A stretch of DNA of 64,000 bases, from contig CM022671.1 in NCBI GenBank assembly GCA_012295275.1, positions 33,542,001 through 33,606,000 of the forward strand, read 5' to 3'. The DNA comes from Chrysomallon squamiferum. Taxonomy: Eukaryota > Animalia > Mollusca. Positions 28,608 through 46,427 of this stretch are shown here, piece by piece (position 1 is the stretch's first letter; the number at the start of each line of letters is the position of its first letter). Made by a program: the position numbers and the translations under genes. The notes under the pieces were generated by a model. It had not been told where the DNA came from. It made no database searches and saw nothing but the letters and a program-made list of their open reading frames with translations.

Positions 28608-31600
28608 TTATTATTATTATTATTATGAAGCTTTTTAATTTTTTTTATTTCTCCCAAGAGAAAGGTTACAAATACTTGAAATAATTCCTGTGAAGGGATT
28701 ATGAGTTAAAAATTGTGAAAACGTATTTCACTCTTGTTTCACAAAGCATTACTGCAGAAGAATAAAAAGCAAAACAACATTTGTAATAAAATTTAACTGT
28801 GTATATTAGGCATTTCTTTTGTACATACACACAAATAAAAAGAACTTGAGAGACAGAGGAGACACAGAGACAAACAGAAATACTGGAAAAATGTTTGTAG
28901 TGCTTTATAAGTATGTGATGATACATCAGTATCACTGAATCAGTAAACATCAGTCACATGATCAAGTACTCATAATCAATCAACAAGAAGATGGTGACAG
29001 TCAAGGAAGATAGTAACTTTATCATAAGTGGACAAATATAGAGTGACTGGTGTAGAAACTATCTTGCAGTTAATGACTGTCAGTCAGAGAAAAATTTACT
29101 TCAGTAAACATCAGGAAACAGGTTTTTGTATATATCTGAACACTGTCTTGGTCACTGTCTGCATGGGTCCACAGATTTAATGAGATTTAAAAAACTAACA
29201 TAACACAGCTGTCTGAATTTTTACTGAAAGGAAATTTGTTTCTTTTTATCATTAAAAGTTTATTAATCAGTACATATTGCCATTACAGCAAACAATACTC
29301 CTTTGAAATTTGTTCTACACTGAATTTTCTTAAAGAAATTTGACTGCAAATGGATTCTCACTCTGAATGGAAATTCACCTCATGCACTGCTCTATTACAA
29401 CCAAAAAACTGATAGAATATTTTGGTTACTGGGTGCTCATTAAAACTTGAAAACACTCTATGGCTTAACAGATCTGTATATAATGTCTCTATAGGTTCAA
29501 TGTTTTTACTACACATTTTGATTTGTTTTTATTTACTTATTCGTATTTCATTTCAGTTATTTTTGTTTATTTGTTTATTTAATTGCTCATTTGTCTATCG
29601 GTTTGTCTATCTATATCTAAATCTGTCTTTCTTCCTATCTCTGTCATTCTATATCTACACTTTCATTGTTTATTTATTTATTAATATTTCCCTATTAATT
29701 TTATTTATTTATTTATTTGTTTTTTTTTTGTTGTTTTTTATTGCCATTCAGAAACCATTAATAATTTGTTCACGACAGTAAACACAGAGGTAAATGTTAT
29801 GTTTGTTCTGCAGTAAACTGCCTCATTGTTCATTTGTTAATTTTAATTAATTTATTATTATTATTATTTCAAATTTTAAAAAATTTTTTCATGCAAGGTT
29901 CAAAAATGTAATTAAGTGACAAGTTCTAAAAATATCCTTTAAATCTAATTTAGAATGCTCCAGCTTTTCAACACTGAAATGAATGAATCTATAAATGTTG
30001 ATTTAAATACATTTTATCAAATTTTAATTCCCACTGTCATTAGATTGCAAACATCTACTTTCTGGTATTGTGGCTATTGTATTGTTTGGCAACAAATGAA
30101 ATTTTCTATATTCTCTCCCATTTATCTAAAACTTGTCAGAAGCATTTTTGAAAGGTTCAAAAAGCATGTCATTCGCAGTGGTCGTTAAAAACAAAAACTG
30201 TCTTTCCTTTACCAAACAGACTTTCTGTCTTTTACAGGATATTTTATTGCTTAATTGGCAAAATTGTCATACTACTTAGGGATGTCTCGGGACCCTGTAG
30301 GTCCTTGGAGATGTCCTTGTAAGGAATTATGATGAGAGAACCTTAGGACCTGCCACTTGGTCCTCGTAGGTCCAGTAAGCCACAAAGCCGAGATTATTTT
30401 GTCATCCAACAGACAAAATTACTGCAAGGTTTTCTCAAGCCTGTCTCACTGCTGTTGCTGCTGTCACTTGCTGGAATGCAGACCTGTACCATATGTTGCA
30501 GCTAAATACAAAATGTACACTGGCAAACATTCATGATAAAATTGTCTGGTGCAGTTTGGTCCAGTCTGATGTACCAAGAACAGAAAGATGCACCTAGTCT
30601 TGCACTGACTTCAATATGTATACATGCATATTTAAATAGTCTTTATAAATACATATAGTGTAATGTGGTTTCACTGTTGATGCATTTTTGTAATCATGGA
30701 ATTATCAACAGTGAAACTCGTCAGACCACTAAATGATATATTATTATTTCTTTTTTAATTTATTGTTTCATTTTTGTTATACTTACTTTGAATTAGGTGT
30801 CTAATATTCATTTTCATAACCATCTGGAAATAGATCAAAACAAATTCTTGTTTCACTTTGTCTTTTTTTTGCTGTCTGTATTTAAGGTTACTGACCTAAA
30901 ATAGAATTATATAATCTAAAAGAATCTCAAAAACATATGAATAGTGTTGTAATGTTTATTAATTTTTTTTTATTTTTTTTATTATTTCATTATTTATAAT
31001 ATTTTGGGTTTTTATAAAATAAATATTTATTTATTTATTTTTATATTTATTTATTTTGTTTGTTTGAATTACTGTTTTGTTTTACTTCAGTTTTGTTTAT
31101 TGATTAACATTTGTTCATTTAGTCATTCAGATAGAGCAGTTGTATCATATTTATTTTGTTTCTTTTCTTTTTATTAAGGTACAACCATGTAAGAACTTGA
31201 TTTATTAAATATTTTATTACTTCTTTTTATTGGAATGTGTAATAGTTTTCTTTCTTTATAGTTTGTTTATTTCATTCATTCATTCTTTCCTTTTCTTTTC
31301 TGTCTTTCTTGTTTCCTTCTTTAATCTACACTGAAACAAATCTAGTTTTCCACAAACAAAACATAATAAATACCTTACTTATTATTCAGTAGATCTTCTT
31401 TTTTTTTTTTTTTTTATTTTTTTTTTTTAAACCAGAATATAACAACCACAACAAAACACACAAAACAGAACAACAGCTCATAACTAAGTAAAAAGTATGT
31501 AAATAAAAGCTCACCATGCTAGAACTAATTCTTTAAATTATGATGTTTTTAACTTGACCACCTGGTAATGGACAATACAGTTTTCACAATAAAACTTTAA

Positions 31601-32818
31601 TGGATTTCATTCTCTTCAGTTTTACAGAATTTTATTTTATTTTGAATATGATTTTAACATAAACTTTTTTTAATTTTTTTTTTTTTTAAATCATTCAGCC
31701 TTGGAGAGAGAACATTCTACATGTCAACATTTTACAGTCTCCACTAAAGCGTGAACCATATCCATGGGACTTCCGCCAACATGACATTGAACTTTATCGC
31801 CAACCGCTGCCTTACTTTGGTACCAATGAACCTGTCACCATACATTTGGCAGGAGAGAAACTAAGACAAGAGAAGCTTGCTGCAAAACTTGATGATTTGA
31901 AGATCTGGGAATCGAAAATTGCTGTTGATGACATAAGACACCATACCCACCGATGTCTCCCTGAAACAGAAATGAAGAATCAAGGATTTTATTCCAGCAA
32001 TCAGCTTGACCGATTGAAAGGATTACTGAAAGATGAGCCCCAGAAGTTTACTTTAAAGAAACCAGGACTGGTATTGAAGAATATTCCACGACTTGATGTT
32101 GTACACAATCCAAAGGTGGACACTGAAGCGCGGAGTGCAGGGATGCCACTGTTGCCTGCAGTGGAGGATGAAGGGGTTGAAAAAACAAAAGGTTTTAAGC
32201 CTGGTCCTTTCTTGTCGAGGAGTTGGGTCATGGAAAACAACAAAATTCCAGCAGTTGATTACCAACACGATGAGCTGATTAAACTGAAAGGGGAAGATTT
32301 CAAGTGAGTTTTGTTTATAAATTATCATTAGTTGTTCATGATTTTAGAGTATTATATTTTGTTATTTATCATGGTGGGATTTGTTTTATATTTGGGTTGT
32401 TTCTATGTGTAGATATATATATACACACATATATGTATATGTGTGTGCATGTGCATGTACATGTGTACTCACACATACACATACACATACATGTTCATGT
32501 ATTATACTAGTAGACATACACTAATATATCTTGAAATATTTTCACAGCTTGTACCACACAAATCGACAGAACATTTGGAAACGCAGCATCAAGCCTCTGT
32601 CAGAATCTGATCGTGATAATCATCTCTTCTACATTGTTAACAGTGGAAAATCATTTGAGAGCTTCAACGACTCAGGAATTGTATCTGACCTGGGTCAAAG
32701 GTCATACACTCAGCCTGCTTTTGTCAGTGCATCAGAAGTCACAGTAAGCTCAACCCCTCCTGAACTGAAGTCCTGTACACAGAACAAGAAGATTATGGAA
32801 TCTGTAGCAGCTTCTTAA
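14696..32818 (+). CDS. CFAP92: Cilia- and flagella-associated protein 92 (KIAA1257/DUF4550 family), ~1480 aa, 21 coding exons, one apparent frameshift near 26391
   Basis: Exons 14696-15059, 17591-17834, 18636-18781, 19030-19179, 19622-19892, 20329-20639, 20997-21125, 22151-22340, 22793-22905, 23453-23614, 23965-24177, 24513-24631, 25161-25321, 25686-25828, 26338-26517, 27010-27127, 27413-27585, 27864-28022, 28247-28462, 31699-32303, 32548-32818. All are GT-AG and phase-consistent except 26338-26517. YYHLEYYLLPEEDELTKTDLVTYGMAAKIY...WIAWSNSHTLTMTKDVLLRLFNHRLELRVWDTKDKVSSRARFDRPK matches the DUF4550 region of KIAA1257 as I recall it. Confidence 0.85.
16019..16129 (+). CDS. Candidate in-frame cassette exon of CFAP92
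   Basis: CTCTGCAG acceptor and a stop-free phase-1/phase-1 frame (DLKSNVRQILICSKHNIYQEIPKRREKKGNKGACAVT). Donors after 16102 or 16129 both preserve frame. Confidence 0.4.
20405..20545 (+). repeat. Coding 24-bp tandem repeat, about 6 copies, K[ST]GQKESS
   Basis: Unit AAAA(C/G)TGG(C/T)CAAAAGGAAAGCTCA repeated inside CFAP92 exon 20329-20639. Confidence 0.9.
30420..30605 (-). mobile_element. Possible highly decayed LINE reverse-transcriptase C-terminal fragment in a CFAP92 intron
   Basis: The broken minus-strand translation RQFYHECL.../FSCNIWY weakly resembles the FY...SVL.F....WY motif of Rex/L2-type RTs. The segment is less AT-rich than its flanks. Confidence 0.25.
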
Positions 32819-35220
32819 TATGTGGCCTTTGTTAGGTTTTTCTTATGAACATATATGTGTGTATAGTAGGTACCGGTATAAATTGCCATCTTTTATAAAC
32901 AGTATGTCTCACATGTATATTTATATGTGGTGTGTATTTACAGGGTATTTCTTGTTTATTCCCTTTTAGTTATTCATTAATGTATAACAGTGTTTATTTA
33001 ACTTCAGCAAATGTTATAGCAGTAATCATAACTTAAGCATTTCCACTATCCTTCTTCTTGAATTTTAAAATATTCTTATCAGTTAGCGAACAGATTACAT
33101 TAACATTTCTGTTTTGTTACACATCATTTAAAGAGAAAGTCTTTGTCTTGTTAGTTAAATTTCAAACAAATTCATATACGGTTAAACAATTTTATGGCAT
33201 CTGTACATTATTTTATTAATATAAAATTCACAATACACAAATATTATGTCAAAGAGTGTAAGTAACAAAAATATTCAGACTACTCAAAGACTTTATGTAT
33301 GATATCCTGCTTAATTCAGTAGTGTATAAAGACTTAGAGTCTGTTTAATGACCAAGTATGAAAAGAAAAAACCACACAAAAAAACACTGTTACTCTGTAA
33401 AGACTGAACTCATGTTAAGACTGAGTACTAATAGATATATATATATACTGAATTGTTCTTGAGACTGAATATCTGTATAGATCCAGAACTTTTCTCAAGA
33501 CTGAATACTTACATTAAGAAAAAGTTTTATGAAGACTGAATAACTGTTTGTCTGTCTGTCTATCTGAATTCTTCTGCAAGACTGAACAGATGTAAAAATG
33601 AAATATGTACATAAACACTGAGTTTCAAAAACTACTGAAATTTTGTATACATTATTTATCAAGCCTTTATGTGATGTAGATGTTGTTATTTTGATCTCTA
33701 TTTTTAAATAGTGCCTGAACATATCTTTTTCCAAATGTTTAATTTTGTGTGTGTGTATGTGTGTGTGTGTGTATGATTACTTGTATTATTCAACAAGGAT
33801 TCATTTTTATTTTTTATTTTCAATTCTGGAAAACAAAATTAAAAATTTTCATATTTCTCTCTCAAGGTTTTAATATTTAACTGAAAAAGTAATGTTCAGG
33901 ATGTCACTTAACTAAATCTTTCTCACTGGGTTTTAAAACCTTCCAAACTTGTACAATACACTTCTAAACGACCTGTAAAAACTTCTAAAACATTTCATCT
34001 TGTGACTTTTACATTAACGTGACAGAACTGCGAAACTGAGTGTCAGTGATAAACTCCTGTCTCACATGAAGTAAGCAGCTAAGTTTTAAAGCATGGCATC
34101 ACACAATTCCATCGTTAACAATGTTCTCACAACTCTGTATGGTGACTTCTCAAACAAGTGCCTGATAGTAACAGTATACCATCTGCATGGAAATATTACT
34201 AGTGGCAATGAATATTGTATTTTAAGTGGACAACCAAATTCTTATTTTACATTATAATTTATTATTATTGTTACAGTTATTACATTCTACATGGTTTTAT
34301 TATATTTTATAGATATATATATATATATTAACATTTTAATAATGATGATGATTGTTGCTTCAAAATGTTGTGGTTTTTTTTAGTATAATACTGAATGTAT
34401 TTTATTTTATATTGGTCTGTAAATACAGATGTACAAATGTGAATATTTATTTTATATCTATATATATATATATATATATGTACTAGTAAACATTCTGCCC
34501 CATTCTAATGGGCAAAACAAATCTGTGGTACAAATCTGCTGACATTTTGTACAGTATTGATCATTTTTGTGTATATATACAAAATTATTGTTCATTATTA
34601 TTATTATTATATATACAAATATATACGTGTTTTATTTGTATTTTAATTTTAAATATATAGATTTTTTAATTGCTTCTTTGTTATAAAACTAATCTGCTGA
34701 ATGATAATGCTTCCTTCCTACATATAACAGCTTTACTGTGTTTTAATATTATAATGATCTTTTTGTTGTGTAAAGATTAAATGTGAATATTTTCTTTTCA
34801 GTACATTGTTTGATGTGCATAATTCTGCTTTTGTTATACACAAAGAAGAATAATAGGGTTCTGTATAAAAAAAACATGTTTTAAAAAATTGTAACATTTA
34901 ACTTGTATAGTGAAAGTCATTTGTACTTGTATGTTGTTTTACACATTTGCACATACGTATGAACATACATACCCAAGTGTATGCATATGTGTATGTGTGT
35001 GTATAATAAGGTATACCATTTTTAACATGCTAATACATACTTACATACAGACATTTGTATTTATTAGCATGTTTGGTATAGTATATCATATTAATTTTAG
35101 ATTATTTTGTACATGTTTACATTTGTTTTATTATGGAATTTGTGTTATAAACTTGCCAAAATGATACAGAGTTGATGTGTGTGTGAAAAATATTGGAGAA
35201 GACATAATGATTTATATAAA

Positions 35221-35273
<53 letters not shown>

Positions 35274-35386
35274 ACAAATAACATATAAATAAATAAATAA
35301 TCAATTTTTATTTAAAATTATTTATATATTTAACAATATTTTGTTAATGTGTAGAGAAAATAAATAAAAAATAAATGAAAAATAAA

Positions 35387-35418
<32 letters not shown>

Positions 35419-36496
35419 TTAATTAATTAAAAAATAAATTTAAAAGATAAATTATAGCACTATAAGATTGTTTTAGTTTTCTTGCGCTAAGGGTTAGTTT
35501 ATGTTGACTAATTAAAAAATATGTCTCACTGATTACAATAACCACTTTGTCTCATGCTGAAATAACTGTTTATACACAACTGTTCAGATTTTATAGATAA
35601 CAGTTTTATCTGTGAGTGATTATTTACTTTTCATTAACATAATATATAGGTTGTGATATTAAACCAGTCTTTCTTAAAGTATTTTACTAAGCAATCCTAC
35701 TAAAACTAAATATTGTGTTGACATTGTAATGGAATTTGCTTTAAGTTCAATTTGAGTTGTGCCTTTTTTTATATATATATATAATATGAATCTGTCGTGT
35801 GAATAAAATAGATAATCATCCAGAAAATAAACTGTGCGTTTTTTAGTCATTTAAAAAAAAAATAATAAATAAATAAATAATAAAAAAAATTAATATTAAA
35901 GAAAAGAATATTTATTACATTAATTTTAATTTAAAATAAATCTATTCTGTAATGAAAACAACGAATCAAAATATAATTATCGCGTCTGTTTAATGATGTA
36001 ATGTATATATGACATCATGAAGTGAAAAGTATATATTGAAAATGTTTGAAATTGTGACATCAAAAAGGCTTATGAAATTATTTTCCTAAGTAAATGAGAC
36101 GGCGAAAGATAAGTAACGACAGCATAAGGAAGCTTAAAATGTTTAGTATTAGCTACAGTAACGTATGTCTGTGTATTTCTGTCGTACGATGGTATAAAGA
36201 TGTAAATACATTTTCTACTTAAACCATAAAGACCTGATCTGATTTAATTATAATACTTACAGTTAAATAAAAATAATAGATAGAATAGAATAGATTAGAA
36301 TATAAAAAAAAAAAAAAAAAATTTAAATTAAATTAATTGAAAAATTAAAAAAAAAAATTAAATTAAATTAAATTAAATTAAATTCCTAATTAAAATTAAA
36401 GAATATAAAATAATAAAATAAAATAAATTTAATTAAATTAAATTTAAAAAAAAAGAAAAAAAAAATTAAATTAAATTAAAATCAAAATTAAAATCA

Positions 36497-36537
<41 letters not shown>

Positions 36538-37984
36538 TAATTAAAATTAAAATTAAAATTAGATTACTTAAAGGAAGCAGCCTTGAATCAGTTTACATTG
36601 TCCATGAAGGTACGGTTTCTATTTTGGATGAATGTGTATTTATTATAATTTCCGTCCAAGTTTATATATTTTCCTGTATTTTCTTATTACATTTATATAC
36701 ACTACACTTGTTTGTTTTGCCATTTCTCTACATTTACAAAATTAAAACTGAATAAAGTGTAGAAATAACTCTTTTGTTCCAGTTCCTTTTTTTCCTATAA
36801 TAATTATTCTTCACGTATGTACGTACACAAAAGAGTGAGAGGTAAAATGAGTAACACATGCTTGTCTCGTTCAGTTGACTGTGCAGCGTACTTTGGTATG
36901 AGGAGTCAGACATTAGCTTCAAAGAATGTTGTCATTAGAATTCATTGCAAGTACTATCCAGCGATTCGTTGTAATTACAAACGACAGTCCATCTCACGTA
37001 ATGTGTGGACGTGAAGACTATTTCGTTGTATCAAATAATGAGTAGCTTCAAAAGCGACGTGAAATGTACTTTGTGAAAACATACCATTCATTCCAAGGGT
37101 GTTTGTAAGTGAAGATTAACATTTCTTGTACTGCATACTTGATGAATCTGCTCTGATTTTGCTGTGGAACATTAAACATTCGGCCGAGTACAGTATGCAG
37201 CTTCGTGTATGTCTAATTACACAGCTTCATGACAATTATGAATATAAAACGGTAATGATGATGTAATGATAATTTGGATACCAGTAAAAAGCAGTAATGG
37301 AAATAATATAAAAATTAATCGAGCATTTAAAGTAATGAAACAAACAATATTAGAAAAATTACAATTTATTTTAAATAACTTGCAACTAATGATGGACATG
37401 CAGGAATGTTTGTTAACTATGCAACGGAACCATGACCTAATTCACATTTAACAAGTAAAAAGATACAAATCGAGAATTTGTATGTGTTGGTAAGAGAAAG
37501 TTCTAATAATGTGAGACATCTGGAAAACAAAATGTACGCAATAGTACACATATACATAAAAAAATAATAATAATTAAAATATTTTGTTTATAAATAAGTA
37601 ACAAAAACAAATATGATGAAGATAGATAAACAAACACATATATTAAACTATACAGATACAGTAAATACATATACTGAAATTACAATAGTAAAGAGATACA
37701 TCAATCTAATATTTGAAAAAAAAAAATAAAAAAAAAAAAAATTTGTCTTCTTTTGTTGGCTACTGAAACAAAAACAAACAAAACAAAACATGTCCAAAAT
37801 ATTGATTCGTCTTTCATTTTCAGAAAAACCATCCATCTTTTTTTTTTTTTTTTTTTTTTTTTAATGATGATTTTTCTTGGTCTTCAGATCGTTGTAACAA
37901 AACCCGTATCAGTGGTGTTATCGTCAAAGGTGAACTTTGACACATCCAGGAAATAAAGACCTAGAGAGATCACGATCCAGGGAT

Positions 37985-42003
<4,019 letters not shown>

Positions 42004-42853
42004 TATCGTCTGATGTTTTAACAGTTGATTATTAAAAATGTTCATGGTGAACAGTACAAGATTGCTGATGTCAAATAAAAGCGAAGCAGAAAATGCGTTC
42101 AAAATTGGCAGCAGTAAAAGAAATATATTTTTCCTGGAAAAGTTAAATTATTATTAGCCGTTTTGTAGAAAACTCACGCCAATGAAAAAAGTAATTGTCC
42201 TCCATTCATCCAGAAAAAAAAAAAAAATCGTTTTATCTTCTGTTACAACATTAGTGGCTTCATCTGAAGAAGAAAAAAGAAAATTCACTCCACGAAGTGA
42301 TGTTTTTGAACACTTTTAATGCTAAAGAAAGATACTTCTAAGATTCAAAATATCCTAAGACCAAAAAAATGGACAGCTCCAAAGTCCACGAAACTTAGTT
42401 AACGCAACATTTCAACTCATCCTTAGCTCCTTAAATATCGTTAATTTATTCCTTGATCTTTTTAGAATCTTTTATATTTATAAAATATTCTTTTCACGTA
42501 ATAACTGTTAGCTTTTCCTAAATGTCTTAGAGAATGCTTGTACTCTAAACTTTCATATTTTAATCTATTCCTTCCACGTTCAGATTAAAGCGACAGAAGA
42601 CAGAACACGGAATAAAGAATCTAAATGAAATAAAATGTTTTCAGTTTAATCACAAACAAACTGACTTTCATCGTAGCCTGCGATCATTAAGTAAAACGTT
42701 TGAGCTGTAGAAAGTCTGATTCCTTCTTAATCCTTTAGTTTTGAAGTGGGTTGCTCGCTGTAAAACAACTCTTACCCTGATTAAATACCATAGCTTGTCT
42801 ATTGCGGGGTTACCTTTTCTAAGTAAACATTTTCAGATTTGTTTCGCCGAGTA

Positions 42854-42910
42854 GTTAACGGGTAACCGACGTTACTTTATTTCTGTTGCAGTAGTCCACA
42901 TCTTCAGCCG
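42854..42910 (+). promoter_or_regulatory. X-box/MYB-like motif and candidate first non-coding exon of the orphan gene
   Basis: GTTAACGGGTAAC (42854-42866) fits the RFX X-box pattern and contains TAACGG. It is followed by the donor CCG|GTATGT at 42911. Confidence 0.35.
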
Positions 42911-44435
42911 GTATGTCTGTTACCTTATAATTTAATTGAAAATGGTTAATACCTTCGCGTGGACGACATCGTGTCTGTTGTCGGTGATGACGCGGCCGGC
43001 ACTATCCTGTTTATTTGCTGGAAGTTTAACGACTCGGTGTTTCTGCCTAGTTTTTACATACAGAAAAGGTTGGGTGATGTTTTCATTCACACCAACATTA
43101 ATTAGGCGCTGTTTACATACGTGGAGAAAGAAATCTGAGTAATCTGAGTGATTTAACTTAACTGTTAATTATTTGAGATTATTTTTTTAAAATTTTCCCA
43201 CACGAGTAAAGAAAACTCCACAGAACATGTAGACATTTATACCACATTCACATACATATACGCAAACACATAAACGTACACAAACGTAAACATATAGACA
43301 AATACAAACAAAAAAAGAGAAGAAAACAAAGTCAGATATCTTACGAGGGTTTATGATATGAAGGGCAAAATAAAAAATGGCGCCACCCTGACACATTTTT
43401 AATATTCTGGTTGAATTATATACATATCGGCATTCAACCAATTTACAAAGATAGCCCAGTAGTTAGGCTATAAACAAGAAGTGTTTTTTGTTTGTTTGTT
43501 TTTTTTCGTTGAATTTCATTTCTTTTTCGATATGCTTATCGCTAGCATGTCGTACTGTATATAATATATCTATTCAGTGCACGATTATGTGATCAGTTTT
43601 TCAATAAAAAAAGAAGACGAAAAGAAATCTCTGGCGTGAAACCCTGACGTAAACGTCAGAATGGAAGACAACTCTGTCAAAAATGTTGCTTGGAAACATA
43701 ATGGGTAAACACTAAGAATTGTTTACTTCATTCTGGAAATATTATTTTCTCCTAAAGTTTATTATTTTGTTTGGTTTCTGTAATCCACCGAACAGAAATG
43801 CATTCACAGGATTCAGGTACGACTAGAATTTTGTTCTACTTGACTGATGGTAAACGGATGTTGGATAGAAGTTTTCAAATTCAAATTGCTTGAACAATTA
43901 ATCATTTTTATCTGAAATTTAGGGAAGGAAAATGTAGCCTTAACTAATTTTACGGTGAAGCTAGTACATAGTTATGTGATGCTTGTGTGCGTTCATTTAT
44001 ATAGTTTTAAATTGTGACATTTTTAAAAAAAATAAAAATGTTTTAAACGACTAACTTTTCTTATGTAATTTCTGACCTAGCTTTACGACGCTCCAACCCG
44101 TGTATTGAAATTTGACTAATTTAGGTGACTCTGTGTCAGTTTGTGTATATAAGCCATTTTGTATGTCTTGATTTTTTTCTTCTGAATATGTGTGTGTATG
44201 TGTGTGTGTTGTGTATGTGTGTACAGTATTATTACTAAACGCTTATATAGCTGTAGTAGTAATTAGTTACAGAGTAAAAGTATATATACGCAGTAACGTT
44301 GTTATTAGTGTAGAAATATCAACTTCATTCATATACACAGCAGTCGTAGTAGAATTATTATTATTATTTTAATTTTTTTAAGCGTCAAGAAACACAGATA
44401 CACTAGGCAATCAGGTGGTTTTTCAGCGAGTGGTA

Positions 44436-45698
44436 ATGGACTCAAATCAGAACTGGGTACCAGTTGGCCGATCTCTGAATGATCTTAAAAACATGTTAGT
44501 TGTACCAACAGAGACCCGTTTTCAAATAGCCGAACCGAAACAAGAAATTGTTCACACAGTTCTCACACCAAGATCCCGTCACACTAGGAAATATCAGCCT
44601 TACCCATCCAGTTGTAGAGACGTGAATTCTGTGGACATTAGTGACTGTAGAATCAATAATATCTGTGACATTGGAAATGTTCCATTAAGCGATGTTGACT
44701 TTAAAATCAAGGATTTCTATGACAGTGGGAAGATTATGAAAAACTGTATGAACTATAGGCCGTTATACAGATCCCAGAACAAGCTAAATTATGCACAGCG
44801 AGAAACATTTGTGAAAAGAAGAGTTTCTGATGATTGTGCTTTGTGCGCTTTATCGTCGTCTTTAAACCATTTTAGCTTAAGACATTCTCCGTCTGCTGCT
44901 TTTGATGGAGAAACAACCAGTACCCAGAGAATGCCAGATACTCGGTGCTTTGTGCCAAGCGATGATGGTGCAAAAACGTACATCATTAATAAGCCTTGGA
45001 CCCCAATCCTGGAATCAACGAAATCAGTTTATGACATCAAGGAACCTTCCAATGACTGGGAAGAAGTGAATGTTACAGCAGACTGCAGGCTATTGTCGTC
45101 ATCTTGTCAAACACCTCATGAGTTAGTTAAAGCTAAATCTGCGACTACACCAGTTTCTGTCTCTTGTAATACAGATGATCTGCAAACTTTGGAAAACGCG
45201 TCATCATCTTCTGAATCGTCGCTACTGCAGCAACCAGACACACAGCAGTTGGTTGACAGCGACGAAGAATACTCACGCTGCGAGTGGATCGTCGACGAAT
45301 GGTTAGAAGAGATACGAGAAGATGTTTGTATTGGTCTTTCTAAAAAAAATGTTCAGGGAACGACAAAGAGGAAACGCGGACGAGAGAAGCATAGCCCGAA
45401 AAAGAAGACCAAAGTGGGAAGACCTAGAACGAATGGCTACAGAGATTATTTAAGATCGAAGTCACAACAGCAGCTTTATGAGATCTTTGCTGGTCTCCAG
45501 TCCCAGGAAGACAAACACTGTGACAGTGAGACGTATGAGCTGAAAGAGAGCGAGATGGTTTCGACCTCCAGTAACGTCAACACGAGAAGAGGCAGAGTGA
45601 CAAAGATCAGACAGAAACGAAAGAACGAAGTCGATTTTTTCAAAACCAAGGAAACTTTACCATACAAGTTCTTTAGAAATGATATGTACGAATGGTGA
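44436..45698 (+). CDS. Uncharacterised ~420 aa protein, single coding exon, probably nuclear and largely disordered
   Basis: A 1263-nt stop-free, non-repetitive frame in very AT-rich DNA, first ATG at 44436. It has basic clusters KRKRGREKHSPKKKTK and KIRQKRK and an AT-hook-like VGRPR. No family recognised. Confidence 0.75.
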   Translation: MDSNQNWVPVGRSLNDLKNMLVVPTETRFQIAEPKQEIVHTVLTPRSRHTRKYQPYPSSCRDVNSVDISDCRINNICDIGNVPLSDVDFKIKDFYDSGKIMKNCMNYRPLYRSQNKLNYAQRETFVKRRVSDDCALCALSSSLNHFSLRHSPSAAFDGETTSTQRMPDTRCFVPSDDGAKTYIINKPWTPILESTKSVYDIKEPSNDWEEVNVTADCRLLSSSCQTPHELVKAKSATTPVSVSCNTDDLQTLENASSSSESSLLQQPDTQQLVDSDEEYSRCEWIVDEWLEEIREDVCIGLSKKNVQGTTKRKRGREKHSPKKKTKVGRPRTNGYRDYLRSKSQQQLYEIFAGLQSQEDKHCDSETYELKESEMVSTSSNVNTRRGRVTKIRQKRKNEVDFFKTKETLPYKFFRNDMYEW

Positions 45699-46427
45699 AA
45701 AGTTATAGAAACACTTTTGTGTACATCTAATCTTTAGCGTTCAGACTGTTTAAAAAAACTTTAAAAAACTGTGAAACGTAAAATATCTTTTAAAACAAGA
45801 AATCGTTTGTATTCAGAATCTTTAGAAACGAACGTCTGAAACAGTTTGAAATGACTAATGTTTAAAATCTTTATAATGTACGTTTTAAATAGTGAAACAT
45901 CCTAAAAACATGTTTCGGTAATGGATGTATTTCTTATAAATTTATTATTTATAAAGAAGCCTTTGTATATGATTTTGAGACAAATATATAGCTTTTTGTA
46001 TGTTTATTCATTTTTGTTGTTGTTTTTTTGGGGGGGGGCTTGGGGGGGGTTTCAGTATCAATTTTATTTATTATTGCTTAAAAATTATTATTAAACTCAG
46101 TTAAAATATATTTCTTTCAAGAAGTATTAAAAGAGAAACAATTATTTGTCTGTCTGTCTGTCTCTTTTTCTTACTCTGTGGATGTATGTGTGTGCATAAA
46201 ATATTTAGAAAAAATACTGGCTCTGTTAAAGAAATAACGGAATGTTACACCTGTCATGGATTATATAAGCAGTTATATAGGAAATAATGTTGTTATTATT
46301 GTTGTTTATTTCTGTTTGTTTGTTTCTTCTACATAGTTTCATGTTCGTCTTTATTTAAATCCAATTTCTATATTTTCTTTCTTCATTTCCGGTTTTGGGT
46401 CCAGCGAAACATGTTCAAGGAAGACAA

